From contig CALFNW010000087.1 of NCBI GenBank assembly GCA_937902275.1, positions 2,988-66,987 of the forward strand: a DNA stretch of 64,000 bases, written 5' to 3'. This document shows, piece after piece, positions 44,513-53,720 of the stretch. Position 1 is the first letter of the stretch; each line of letters opens with the position of its first letter. This stretch comes from an uncultured Clostridia bacterium. GTDB lineage: Bacteria; Bacillota; Clostridia; Oscillospirales; CAG-272. The position numbers were made by a program, and so were the translations under genes. The notes under the pieces were generated by a model. That model was not told where the DNA came from, searched no databases, and was given only the letters and a program-made list of their open reading frames with translations.

Positions 44513-45259
44513 TTATGCTCCCGCACCGTTTCCGCGCACTCCCGTAAGCCCCTTTATTACCTCTCCCGCGATTATAAGTCCGACGACCGAGGGCACAAAG
44601 GAAATACTGCCGGGCAGGCTGCGGCGCACCGTGCGCTTATCGGCTTCCGACAGCTCGGTGTCGGCACGCGGGATAAGCGGAAGCTCTTTTGAATAAACCA
44701 CCTTAAGCTTTTGTATTTTTCGTTTGCGAAGCTCAACTCTCATGACCTTGGCAAGCGGGTCGACCGAGGTCTTGTATATATCCGAAACGCAGAACGCCGT
44801 CGGATCAAGCTTGTTGCCCGCGCCCATTGAGGAGATAAGCGGAGTATTGTCCTTGTCGGCATTCACCGCAAGCGCAATCTTGCCCGCTACCGTATCAATA
44901 GCGTCAACAATATAGTCATATTCGGAAAAATCGAATTCTCCCGCCGTTTCGGGAGTATAGAAGATCTTGTAAGTCCGCACCGCCGCGTCCGGATTTATAT
45001 CGGCGATCCTTTCGGCGGCGACATCGACCTTGAATCTGCCGACCGAGCTGTGCGTCGCATATATCTGGCGATTGATATTTGAAAGACATACGGTGTCGTT
45101 ATCTATCAGATCAAGCGCGCCCACGCCGCTTCTGGCAAGTGCTTCGGCGGCAAATCCGCCGACTCCGCCGACTCCGAATACGGCGACTCTTGACTTTGAA
45201 AGCGTTTCGATCGCTTCCTTGCCGAGCAAAAGTTCTGTTCTTGAAAACTGTTCGGACAT
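44513..45259 (-). CDS. tcdA: tRNA threonylcarbamoyladenosine dehydratase (ThiF/HesA family)
   Basis: The motif is GVGGVGGFAAEALARSGVGALDLIDNDTVCLSNINRQ. The start is the ATG at 45259, 5 nt after GGAG; the ORF-track TTG at 45295 lies in the upstream hairpin. Confidence 0.7.
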   Translation of the reverse strand: MSEQFSRTELLLGKEAIETLSKSRVAVFGVGGVGGFAAEALARSGVGALDLIDNDTVCLSNINRQIYATHSSVGRFKVDVAAERIADINPDAAVRTYKIFYTPETAGEFDFSEYDYIVDAIDTVAGKIALAVNADKDNTPLISSMGAGNKLDPTAFCVSDIYKTSVDPLAKVMRVELRKRKIQKLKVVYSKELPLIPRADTELSEADKRTVRRSLPGSISFVPSVVGLIIAGEVIKGLTGVRGNGAGA

Positions 45260-45292
45260 ATTCACTCCGTGCCGCTCACTGCGGCTTTTATA
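45260..45292 (-). repeat. Hairpin-SD-ATG cassette, variant (rRNA methyltransferase/tcdA junction)
   Basis: The minus strand reads AAAA, then GCCGCagtgaGCGGC (45271-45285), then ACGGAGTGAAT, then the ATG at 45259. Confidence 0.5.
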
Positions 45293-45304
45293 CAAATTTT
45301 ATAA

Positions 45305-46525
45305 TCAGACGACTTGGAAAATATAGAATTTAAGGTATTCGGTCTCAGGCACGTTCCAGAGTATCGGATGATCGGGCGACTGTTTGCGCGCCTCTATCTG
45401 GCGGAGCGTGACCGCCGCATCCTGTGCCGCATCATGCAACATACGGCAGAACATTCCCTCTTTCATAAAGTGGGAGCAGGAACAGGTTGCAAGATATCCG
45501 CCGCGCGGCAAAAGCTTCATCGCTTTCATGTTGATCTCTTTGTATCCCCGCTCCGCCGAAGCCACGGTCGATGAACTTTTGGTAAACGCCGGCGGATCAA
45601 GGATTATCATATCAAAGTCACGCGCTTTGCCGTTATACAGCTTGGTCAGATGATCAAACACATCCGCGCAAACGAAATCCATTCTGTCCTCAAGCCCGTT
45701 AAGCGCCGCATTGTGTTTGGCAAGTGCAAGCGCATCCTCGGAAATATCGACCGCACAGACGTGCTGCGCGCCGGCAAGCGCCGCATTCAGCGCAAACGAT
45801 CCCGTGTGGGTAAAGCAGTCAAGCACACGCTTGCCGCGCGCAAGTCTTGCCACTGCCTGACGGTTGTATTTCTGATCGAGGAAAAATCCGGTTTTCTGAC
45901 CGTTTATGTAATCGACTTCATATTTGACGCCGTTTTCGCACATTATAAGCTTGCCGCCGTCGTCAAACCCCTCTGCCCTGCAGTAATAGTCGGTATACAT
46001 CTTCATGCCCTCAAGCTCGCGCAGTGCAACGTCGTTGCGCTCATACACCGCGTCAATCCTCACGCCGTACTCTCCGAGCACTTTGAGCAGCGCCTTTACG
46101 ATCGTCGGTTTGATCCGTTCACAGCCGAGCGACATGACCTGCATCACAAGTACATTTCCGAACCGGTCGACCGTAAGTCCCGGAAACAGATCCGCCTCTC
46201 CGAATATCAGACGGCAGTTATCGAAATCCCCGCTCATTACCGTCAGACGGTATTCGATCGCATAACGGACTCTGCGCTCATAAAACAGCTCATCAAAACG
46301 GTCGTTCGGATTTTTTGATATGACCCTGACTCTGATCTTTGAGTTGTCGTTTATATATCCGCTCCCGAGGTAGCGTGCCTTTTTGGAGTAAACGTCTACG
46401 ATATCTCCGTTTTCATATTCGCCCGAAACGGCGGTAACTTCATCGGCAAAAACCCACGGGTGCCCTCCTTTGAGTGCTCTCTCGGCTTTTTCGGTGACCG
46501 ACACCTTTGTATATTCTCTTGACAC
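45305..46525 (-). CDS. Class I SAM-dependent RNA methyltransferase with PUA-like N-terminus (RlmI-like)
   Basis: 406 aa with the N-terminus KGGHPWVF, SAM-binding VLDCFTHTGSFALNAA and DMIILDPPAF. Confidence 0.7.
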   Translation of the reverse strand: MSREYTKVSVTEKAERALKGGHPWVFADEVTAVSGEYENGDIVDVYSKKARYLGSGYINDNSKIRVRVISKNPNDRFDELFYERRVRYAIEYRLTVMSGDFDNCRLIFGEADLFPGLTVDRFGNVLVMQVMSLGCERIKPTIVKALLKVLGEYGVRIDAVYERNDVALRELEGMKMYTDYYCRAEGFDDGGKLIMCENGVKYEVDYINGQKTGFFLDQKYNRQAVARLARGKRVLDCFTHTGSFALNAALAGAQHVCAVDISEDALALAKHNAALNGLEDRMDFVCADVFDHLTKLYNGKARDFDMIILDPPAFTKSSSTVASAERGYKEINMKAMKLLPRGGYLATCSCSHFMKEGMFCRMLHDAAQDAAVTLRQIEARKQSPDHPILWNVPETEYLKFYIFQVV

Positions 46526-46753
46526 TTTAACAAAACCCCTTCATAAACTGCTTTATCAAGTATACCACATAAAACGGCGACATTCAACAGTTGCGTTCGC
46601 TTTTTTCACATTTTTTTGCCGCAAAGCGACACTATGCATTTTTCAAAGAAATATACAATTATAGCAAAAAAGACTGCAATTCTTGACTTTGAGTGCAAAA
46701 TATGGTATTCTTTTTTTGAAGACAAGCGATAATATTTTTCGGAACCTGTAAAA

Positions 46754-46786
46754 ATATGAGTCGGCTTCGCCGATACGGATTATATC
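46754..46786 (+). repeat. Hairpin-SD-ATG cassette, short form (at AraC gene start)
   Basis: The sequence reads ATATGAG, then TCGGCttcGCCGA (46761-46773), then TACGGATTATATC, then the ATG at 46787. Confidence 0.55.
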
Positions 46787-47650
46787 ATGTCGGAAGAATT
46801 ATTCAGAGTCTGGCACAGCGTCTGTGAGCAGGAAGACTTTTCTCCGCACGGGGACTTCGCCGCTGTACACGGTCACAATATGCATGAACTGATTCTGGTC
46901 AAAAGCGGTGTGCTCAATGTCAAGATAAATGAAAAAGAGTACGTTGTTCCGCCGAAAAGTCTCGTAATAATGAGCAATATCGAAATGCATCTTTTGACGC
47001 CTATCGAATTTCCCTATGAAAGGTACGGACTTCAGGTGTCTATACCCGCAATGAAAAAAATCCCTCTCAACATCAGCTACTTTTCCATTCTCGCCAATCA
47101 CCCGCCGCACTTCAACAATGTTTTCGATCTGAGCAGCTGCTTTGAAGAGTTTGAAACGCTCTTTAAAGGGATGGAAGCCGAATGCGACTCATCGGTCTGT
47201 GCACGTCCCTCCCGTATGCTTGACGAATACTCAAACGACATAATGCGCTTCAAGATTTCCGAGCTTTTGCTCATGTTAAAGCGAAAATTTCCGGAAAGAT
47301 TCACTCAGCACAAAAACAAAAGCGACTGCACGATACTCCAGATACAGCAATACATTGATTCCAATTTTGCAAAGGACATAAGCATAAATGAGCTTGCAAA
47401 GGAAGCATTTATCAGCCACACCTCGTTTATAAATGCGTTCAAGAAGATCACCGGATATTCGCCGAAGCATTACTTGCTTATGTGCAGACTTGCGGAAGCA
47501 AAATCATTACTCAGCTCGTCCTCTCTTACCATAAGCGATATCGCGTTCAAGATCGGCTTCAAGGATTCAAACAGCTTCATCAGATTCTTCAGGCAGGAGT
47601 TAGGACTGACCCCGGGAGAATATCGCAAAATAAATTATGATATTAGCTGA
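46787..47650 (+). CDS. AraC-family transcriptional regulator (cupin-type N-terminus)
   Basis: 287 aa with the C-terminal HTH pair (INELAKEAFISHTSFINAFKKITGYSPKHYLL ... ISDIAFKIGFKDSNSFIRFFRQELGLTPGEYR). Confidence 0.85.
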   Translation: MSEELFRVWHSVCEQEDFSPHGDFAAVHGHNMHELILVKSGVLNVKINEKEYVVPPKSLVIMSNIEMHLLTPIEFPYERYGLQVSIPAMKKIPLNISYFSILANHPPHFNNVFDLSSCFEEFETLFKGMEAECDSSVCARPSRMLDEYSNDIMRFKISELLLMLKRKFPERFTQHKNKSDCTILQIQQYIDSNFAKDISINELAKEAFISHTSFINAFKKITGYSPKHYLLMCRLAEAKSLLSSSSLTISDIAFKIGFKDSNSFIRFFRQELGLTPGEYRKINYDIS

Positions 47651-48317
47651 AAACGAACTTCAGATCATAAAAAAGAACCGTCTGTTTTCAGGGCTTGACA
47701 ACGATGCGCTTGAACGCACTCTGGAGTTTTTCAAAGCTTCGGGTGAAGATTACAAAAAGGGGACCCTGCTCAAACGAAGCGGTGAAATGCCGGGTCATTT
47801 CGGACTTGTGATCGACGGTATAGTTCGCATCGATACCGTAAGCCTTGACGGCAGGCAAATGATAATGGCAAGCGTGTCGTCGGGCGGTACTTTCGGAGAA
47901 TCGCTCGATTTTCTGCAACGCAGTGCCGAAATATTCATAACTGCTTCAAGCGACGTCCGTATTCTTTGGCTGAGCACCGAGAAACTGCGCAAAGCCACCG
48001 CGCTTACCGCCGACGAGTTCGGCATCGCACAGCGTTTCATCGCAATACTTGCCGAGCGCGCGCTTTCAATGAACGACCGCATACAGATATTATCAAAAGC
48101 GACCATACGCGATAAAGTGCTCGCCTTTCTTTCGGACTGCGTGAGGAAAAACGGCAAGCGGCACTTTACGATCGACTTCGACCGTGCGGAGCTGGCGGCG
48201 TATTTGGGGTGCGACCGTTCTGCGCTCTCCCGAGAACTTGCAAAACTGAGGGACGAGGGCATAATTACATATAAAAAGAACGAATTTACGGTAAAAGCCT
48301 ATTACCCTCAGAATTAA
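47637..48317 (+). CDS. Crp/Fnr-family transcriptional regulator
   Basis: 226 aa with an N-terminal cNMP-binding-like fold (LFSGLDNDALERTLEFF...) and a C-terminal HTH (RAELAAYLGCDRSALSRELAKLRDEGII). It overlaps the AraC gene by 14 nt. Confidence 0.8.
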   Translation: MILAENELQIIKKNRLFSGLDNDALERTLEFFKASGEDYKKGTLLKRSGEMPGHFGLVIDGIVRIDTVSLDGRQMIMASVSSGGTFGESLDFLQRSAEIFITASSDVRILWLSTEKLRKATALTADEFGIAQRFIAILAERALSMNDRIQILSKATIRDKVLAFLSDCVRKNGKRHFTIDFDRAELAAYLGCDRSALSRELAKLRDEGIITYKKNEFTVKAYYPQN

Positions 48318-48342
48318 ATGCGCTGTAAAAAGTCAATGCTTT

Positions 48343-48430
48343 CAAACGGCAAAACGGCGGCGCTTTGCCGCCGGAGTCAATGTCAAAGCGGTGTTAAAAA
48401 ACTCAAGATGAGTTTTTTAACACCGCTTTG
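48343..48430. terminator. Two-hairpin repeat acting as a bidirectional terminator
   Basis: Hairpin 1 is CGGCGGCgctttGCCGCCG (48355-48373). Hairpin 2 is a 22-bp stem CAAAGCGGTGTTAAAAAACTCA/TGAGTTTTTTAACACCGCTTTG (48384-48430). The element aligns with 36846-36934. Confidence 0.7.
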
Positions 48431-48431
48431 A

Positions 48432-49031
48432 TTATTTGAGAAGTTTGATCTTTCCGATTATCGGAAGCTCTTTTGCTCTGCCGTCCGCCGCATTTATGAT
48501 ACCGATTATCGTCAGCACCAAAAACGCGATGTTAGCGAGATTAAGTATCGCCGAGAAAAGCATTCCGAGTCGGTAATTTATCACCGAGAACACCGCCGTC
48601 ACGATCGAAGCGGCTATCCACCAGGCAACCTCCGCTATTGCGAGTACAAGTCCCTGATTCGAATGAAATCTTGCATACTTTGAGCCGGGCGCGGCAATAA
48701 GCGGGATAAGTACAAGCCAAGAGAGATAAGCAACTATCGACATTCCCTTGTTCTTGTCAATATCCGCACGGTCGAAATCGGATGTTGTATCCGCTGTGTC
48801 GTTGAGCTTTTTGATCTTTCCGACCAGATCGTCCTCGGCGGTTCCGCCCGTGTTTCCCGCCTGTGCACCGGCTGCTCCGTTTGCACCGGCTGCACTGCCG
48901 GCGTCGTTTGAAGCGGTGCCGGCAGCAGTGTTTTCAGCGGTGTTGTTTGTTTCATCCTTTGATGCGCCGCAGGACGGACAAAATTTATCCGTATCCTCAA
49001 GTTTAGCGCCGCACTTACTGCAAAATGCCAT
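48432..49031 (-). CDS. Zinc-ribbon membrane protein (DUF4870-like C-terminus)
   Basis: It has the ribbon MAFCSKCGAKLEDTDKFCPSCGA, a low-complexity A/G/N linker, and TM helices with the ARFHSNQGL motif. Confidence 0.65.
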   Translation of the reverse strand: MAFCSKCGAKLEDTDKFCPSCGASKDETNNTAENTAAGTASNDAGSAAGANGAAGAQAGNTGGTAEDDLVGKIKKLNDTADTTSDFDRADIDKNKGMSIVAYLSWLVLIPLIAAPGSKYARFHSNQGLVLAIAEVAWWIAASIVTAVFSVINYRLGMLFSAILNLANIAFLVLTIIGIINAADGRAKELPIIGKIKLLK

Positions 49032-49077
49032 AATTTACCTCCGTATAATGATAAATCCACCGGATACGCGACCCGGA

Positions 49078-49590
49078 TCAATAATAGTGATAGTTTCCAA
49101 GCGAACCTCTTGCGATCCAATCTCCGATCGACAAACCGAGCGCAAATAGTACAACCGCAACTATAACAGCGATCACGATCGCGACGATCGCCCAGATAAG
49201 CTTTGCACGTGCAAAATGCTTGAGCGTTTCATTTTCGGGTACAAACGCCATAATAACGCACGCGATAAGCCCTGCAAAAGGAATTGCAAAAAGCAGATCG
49301 AGCCAGAAGAAAGTCGCGGTGCTCACCGCTGTGTTGGAAGCGGGCGCCGTGTTCTGAACATACGGACTTTGCGCAGCTCCTCTGCCGGACGCCGTCTGCG
49401 AATATGCAGCGCCTGCTGTGCCGCCGCCCGTACCGTTCGTCTGCGCGGCGGGCGCGCTCGGCACGGCAGGTGCGTTCGGCGCACCCGAAGCCGCATTTTC
49501 ACTCTGAGTTTTCACGCGTGTTCCGCATTCGGGGCAAAAAGTTGCCGAATCTGCAAGTTCTTTTCCGCAATTGGTACAAAATACTGCCAT
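49078..49590 (-). CDS. Zinc-ribbon membrane protein
   Basis: It has the ribbon MAVFCTNCGKELADSATFCPECGT, a low-complexity linker and 2-3 TM helices. Confidence 0.6.
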   Translation of the reverse strand: MAVFCTNCGKELADSATFCPECGTRVKTQSENAASGAPNAPAVPSAPAAQTNGTGGGTAGAAYSQTASGRGAAQSPYVQNTAPASNTAVSTATFFWLDLLFAIPFAGLIACVIMAFVPENETLKHFARAKLIWAIVAIVIAVIVAVVLFALGLSIGDWIARGSLGNYHYY

Positions 49591-49613
49591 TTCAAGTCTC
49601 CCTTTCTTATTTT

Positions 49614-50729
49614 TTAATTCATAAACACTTTCTTTACCGCCTCAAGGTATCCGTACCCGTACAGATCATCCGGCTCAAGATAACTTGTTTCGGTCCACTC
49701 GTTCCAACTGTTCACCGTGATCATAGGGGCGGGAAGCGCGTGAGTGTCAACATAATTTTTGGCGCAGACAAGCATTTTTTCAAACTTTTCGGGACCGTTG
49801 TCACGCATTATCCCGCTTTTAAAACCGTTGAAACGGGGATTGTTGTCCCATCCGATCGACACGTGCGGGAAATACGGCAGCTCAAACTTGCGGTCAATAT
49901 TATCCCATTCCTTAAGCACGTCCGGGATTATTTCGTCATAGGTGCGGTCAATGTCGGTAAAGTGTACGAACTGATAATTGGTAAGGCTGTCAAAGCCGAG
50001 CGTTTTTATATCGTTCGGCGTCAGCGTGATCCGATTCCCGTCCACACCGCTCAGGTTCATCGCACTGTCTCCCCACCTGATGAACTGCAAATGAACGCCG
50101 GGAAGTCCGCGCTTTATCGCGCGTTCTTCAAATTCGGCAAGCGCCGCACGGACATTGTCTACAGAGCCGAGTCCGTTCACTAGATTCGCCATATCATAAA
50201 TAGATATGACCGGTTTTCCGTCGATCTTATAATATTCGTCGAGTAAAAAATATTTTTCAATGATCCGATCGCTGAGATAATCGAACTGCGGCTTGTTCAC
50301 TCTGCCGCGCCAGATAAGCGTGTCGCTGAACGGAAGCCCCGAATTACGTTTATCCCAGGTATAGTTTACATCATGATTCGCCCACATGAGATAAAATTTT
50401 ACGCGATCGCGGTTATTTGCTTTAAGATACCCTTCGTTAAGACAATTTTCCAAAAAGGGTCTATCGTCAAACCAATACCAATCGTATATGAAAACATTCA
50501 CTCCGTGATCTGCCGCGGCGGCGATCTCAGCTTCCATAACATACGGGTCAGCTTCATCGACATATCCCCAAAGCGGCTTGCGCGGCCACGAATGACCGTC
50601 GAATTTGGAAACGGCATTCTTTACCGACTGCCATTCTCCTATGCCTTCGGGCCAGAAAAGCCTCGTGCGCGGCTCTTTTCCCGTATATGCGGGCCATATG
50701 TATGCCGCAATATCATATTTTTTTGCCAT
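49614..50729 (-). CDS. WbsX / GH99-like domain protein (leaderless)
   Basis: MAKKYDIAAYIWPAYTGKEPRTRLFWPEGIGEWQSV resembles the WbsX-family N-terminus. The start was moved 4 codons because the ORF-track ATG lies in the cassette ATGGAA. Confidence 0.5.
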   Translation of the reverse strand: MAKKYDIAAYIWPAYTGKEPRTRLFWPEGIGEWQSVKNAVSKFDGHSWPRKPLWGYVDEADPYVMEAEIAAAADHGVNVFIYDWYWFDDRPFLENCLNEGYLKANNRDRVKFYLMWANHDVNYTWDKRNSGLPFSDTLIWRGRVNKPQFDYLSDRIIEKYFLLDEYYKIDGKPVISIYDMANLVNGLGSVDNVRAALAEFEERAIKRGLPGVHLQFIRWGDSAMNLSGVDGNRITLTPNDIKTLGFDSLTNYQFVHFTDIDRTYDEIIPDVLKEWDNIDRKFELPYFPHVSIGWDNNPRFNGFKSGIMRDNGPEKFEKMLVCAKNYVDTHALPAPMITVNSWNEWTETSYLEPDDLYGYGYLEAVKKVFMN

Positions 50730-50762
50730 ATAAATTTCCATACCGCCGGAGACGGCTCAAAA
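50730..50762 (-). repeat. Hairpin-SD-ATG cassette, degenerate short form
   Basis: The minus strand reads TTTTGAG, then CCGTCTCCGGCGG, then TATGGAAATTTAT, then the ATG at 50729. The stem is only about 4 bp. Confidence 0.45.
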
Positions 50763-50961
50763 TATCGGTAAACTTTGCCTTGCAACTCTTGATAATCAAC
50801 AGTTACATTATGTCAATACTATATCACAACACCCGATAAATGTCAATCGGTTTAGTAAGCCAAAATGCACAAATCGTCAAAAATGTTGCATATGCAACAT
50901 ACATAGTCCTTTTACTGTTGTATACTTACCGCATCAAGCATCATGAAAGGATCATAAAAGT

Positions 50962-52032
50962 ATGAAATTAAGTTTAAAATTCAAAAAGAATATTGCTTTA
51001 TTCCTTGCAATACTCACGCTGACCGCACTGCTCGGTGCCTGCGGCAAAAACGATAACACGTCAGGCTCCTTTGAGCCGACATCCGAAAACCTTTCGGAAT
51101 CGGAAACGCTCGCCGGATCCGAAGAAAGCGTGAAGGACGACGTCACAGTCAGAGTCGCGGGAATGACGGGTCCTACCTCGATCGGAATGGTAAAAATGAT
51201 CTCCGACACTTCAAACGGCACCGCGCTCGGAAGCTACGATTTCACGATCGCCGGCAGTGCCGATGAGATCACACCCCTGATAGTCAAGGGGGAACTTGAC
51301 ATTGCCGCCGTTCCGGCAAACCTCGCCTCCGTGCTCTACAACAAGACCGAAGGAAAGGTAAAGTTACTTGCCGTAAACAACCTCGGCGTACTCTACATCG
51401 TCGACAAGGGCGAGGAGATAAACTCGCTCGAAGATCTGCGCGGTAAAACAATCTACGCGACCGGAAAAGGCTCGACTCCCGAATACACGCTCCGCTATGT
51501 GCTCAAAGGAAACGGAATCGATCCCGATAACGACGTAACCATCGAATACAAGAGCGAACCTGCCGAAATAGTAGCGTTGTTCAAGAGTTCGGACAGCGGC
51601 ATTGCAATGCTGCCCCAGCCTTTTGTGACCGCCGCAAAGGCGCAGGTCGAAGGACTTGAAGTCTCGCTTGACTTAGGAGCCGAATGGAAAAAGCTTGACG
51701 AGACAAGCGACACCGTTACCGGCGTAATAATCGCAAGAAGCGAATTTATCGACGCGCATCCCGAAGCGGTAAAGGTCTTCCTTGACGAGTATACCGCAAG
51801 CTGCGAATTTGTCAATGAAAATGTTGAAGCAGCCGCACAGATGACCGAGGACGCGGGAATCTTCAAGGCGGCGATCGCCAAAGCGGCAATACCTTTCTGC
51901 AATGTGACCGGTACGGTCGGCACAGAAATGAAAACAGCGGTAAGCAAGTATCTGACCGTATTGTACGCCGAAAATCCCGCCTCGGTAGGCGGAGCACTCC
52001 CGGACGATGATTTCTACTACCTTGCTGACTGA
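50962..52032 (+). CDS. ABC-transporter substrate-binding lipoprotein (NMT1/SsuA-like), orphan
   Basis: The lipobox is LTALLGACG. It has a periplasmic-binding-protein-like repeat pattern. No permease or ATPase gene is adjacent. Confidence 0.5.
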   Translation: MKLSLKFKKNIALFLAILTLTALLGACGKNDNTSGSFEPTSENLSESETLAGSEESVKDDVTVRVAGMTGPTSIGMVKMISDTSNGTALGSYDFTIAGSADEITPLIVKGELDIAAVPANLASVLYNKTEGKVKLLAVNNLGVLYIVDKGEEINSLEDLRGKTIYATGKGSTPEYTLRYVLKGNGIDPDNDVTIEYKSEPAEIVALFKSSDSGIAMLPQPFVTAAKAQVEGLEVSLDLGAEWKKLDETSDTVTGVIIARSEFIDAHPEAVKVFLDEYTASCEFVNENVEAAAQMTEDAGIFKAAIAKAAIPFCNVTGTVGTEMKTAVSKYLTVLYAENPASVGGALPDDDFYYLAD

Positions 52033-52070
52033 AACCAAATAAGCTTTTCACGGCTTTATTCTCAAAATCA

Positions 52071-52099
52071 TTGACATAAATGTCAAAGAGTGGTATAAT
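52071..52099 (+). promoter_or_regulatory. purB promoter (TTGACA-17-TATAAT with TG extension)
   Basis: TTGACA at 52071-52076 and TGGTATAAT ending at 52099 were read directly. Confidence 0.65.
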
Positions 52100-52116
52100 A
52101 GTTCGGGAAAAGTATC

Positions 52117-52170
52117 GGCGCTCACTCCGGCGTATGTATGTTTCCGGAATGAGCGCCGTGTTTTGTTTTG
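52117..52170 (+). promoter_or_regulatory. Terminator-like hairpin in the purB 5' leader
   Basis: GGCGCTCACTCCGG (52117-52130) pairs with CCGGAATGAGCGCC (52144-52157), giving 13 bp and 1 mismatch. It is followed by GTGTTTTGTTTTG. Confidence 0.45.
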
Positions 52171-52205
52171 CCTGTCGATACCGGCTATACCTGAAAGGAA
52201 GAGAT

Positions 52206-53636
52206 ATGACAAACTCATACACAAGTCCGCTTTGCGGGCGTTATGCGAGCTTTGAAATGAAGTCGATCTTCTCGGAAGACACCAAGTTTTCGACCTGGCG
52301 CAAGCTTTGGACGGCGCTTGCCGAGTCCGAAAAGGAGTTGGGGCTTGACATAACCGACGAGCAGATCGCCGAACTGAAAGCGCATATTTACGACATTGAC
52401 TATGCCAAAGCCGAAAAATATGAAAGCGAACTGCGTCACGACGTCATGGCTCATATACGCACCTACGGCGACGCCTGCCCCGCGGCAAAGGGAATAATTC
52501 ATCTCGGTGCGACCTCCTGCTATGTCGGTGACAACACCGACATCATACTGCACCGTGCGGCGCTGCTTCGGATCAAAAAATTGCTTGTGAACTGCATTGC
52601 CGCGCTTTCGGACTTCGCGAAAAAAAACAAGGCTCTGCCGACGCTTGCATATACTCATTTTCAGGCGGCACAGCCGACAACTGTAGGCAAACGCGCAACG
52701 CTTTGGATAAACGATCTGGTATCAGACCTTGAGCGGCTTGATTTTGAGCTTGATAATCTGAAATTTTTCGGCTGTAAGGGCACTACCGGAACCTCCGCAA
52801 GCTTCCTTGCGCTTTTTGACGGAGACCGCGAAAAGGTAAAAAAACTTGAAATGCTCATTGCCGAAAAAATGGGCTTTGACAAGATCTGCCCGGTATCGGG
52901 ACAAACCTATTCGCGCAAGATAGATTTCAACGTGCTCTCCGTGCTCTCGGGAATCGCTCAAAGCGCTTCAAAATTCGCCGGAGACATAAGGCTTTTGTCC
53001 CATTTGAAAGAAGTGGACGAGCCGTTCGAGTCGGGACAGGTCGGCTCATCCGCAATGGCATACAAGCGCAATCCGATGCGCAGTGAGCGGATCGCCTCTC
53101 TGTCACGCTACATTATCAGCGACCTGACAAACCCTGCGGTGACTGCCGCCTCGCAATGGCTTGAGCGCACGCTTGACGATTCGGCAAACCGCCGCATTTC
53201 GATACCGGAAGCCTTTCTTGCCGCCGACGCGGTGCTCTCGCTTTATTACAACGTGATAAGCGGACTTACGGTGTATCCGGGAATCGTCAAAAAACATCTC
53301 GACGAAGAGTTGCCTTTCATGGCAACCGAAAACATTCTTATGTACTGTGTAAAGCGCGGCAAGGACCGTCAGGCTCTGCACGAAGTAATACGCGAATTGT
53401 CGGTGGAAACGGCAAAAGAGATCAAGCGCGACGGCAAAAAAAATACTCTGCTTGCAAAGATCGCCGCCGAACCGGCGTTCGGGATCACCGAAGCGGAAAT
53501 AGCCGGAATATGCGATCCTGTCAGATTCACGGGATGCGCCGAAGCGCAAACCGACACTTATCTTGCTGAGGTCGTATCGCCGATACTCGAAGCAAATACG
53601 GCGCTTATCGGGATCGATGTCAAAATAAATAAGTAA
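52206..53636 (+). CDS. purB: Adenylosuccinate lyase
   Basis: The N-terminus is MTNSYTSPLCGRYASFEMKSIFSE, and the fumarate-lyase signature region is GSSAMAYKRNPMRSE. The ATG at 52206 follows GAAAGGAAGAG; the ORF track extends to 52080 through the promoter. Confidence 0.9.
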   Translation: MTNSYTSPLCGRYASFEMKSIFSEDTKFSTWRKLWTALAESEKELGLDITDEQIAELKAHIYDIDYAKAEKYESELRHDVMAHIRTYGDACPAAKGIIHLGATSCYVGDNTDIILHRAALLRIKKLLVNCIAALSDFAKKNKALPTLAYTHFQAAQPTTVGKRATLWINDLVSDLERLDFELDNLKFFGCKGTTGTSASFLALFDGDREKVKKLEMLIAEKMGFDKICPVSGQTYSRKIDFNVLSVLSGIAQSASKFAGDIRLLSHLKEVDEPFESGQVGSSAMAYKRNPMRSERIASLSRYIISDLTNPAVTAASQWLERTLDDSANRRISIPEAFLAADAVLSLYYNVISGLTVYPGIVKKHLDEELPFMATENILMYCVKRGKDRQALHEVIRELSVETAKEIKRDGKKNTLLAKIAAEPAFGITEAEIAGICDPVRFTGCAEAQTDTYLAEVVSPILEANTALIGIDVKINK

Positions 53637-53683
53637 AAGCTCAGCGCGGCGCGGTACTGTGCCCTGTCGCGCATTGAAAATAC

Positions 53684-53720
53684 TTTATGGGTCGGCTTCG
53701 CCGATATGGGGAAAATAGTT
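53684..53720 (+). repeat. Hairpin-SD-ATG cassette, short form (purB/purA junction)
   Basis: The sequence reads TTTATGG, then GTCGGCttcGCCGA (53691-53704), then TATGGGGAAAATAGTT, then the ATG at 53721. Confidence 0.6.
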
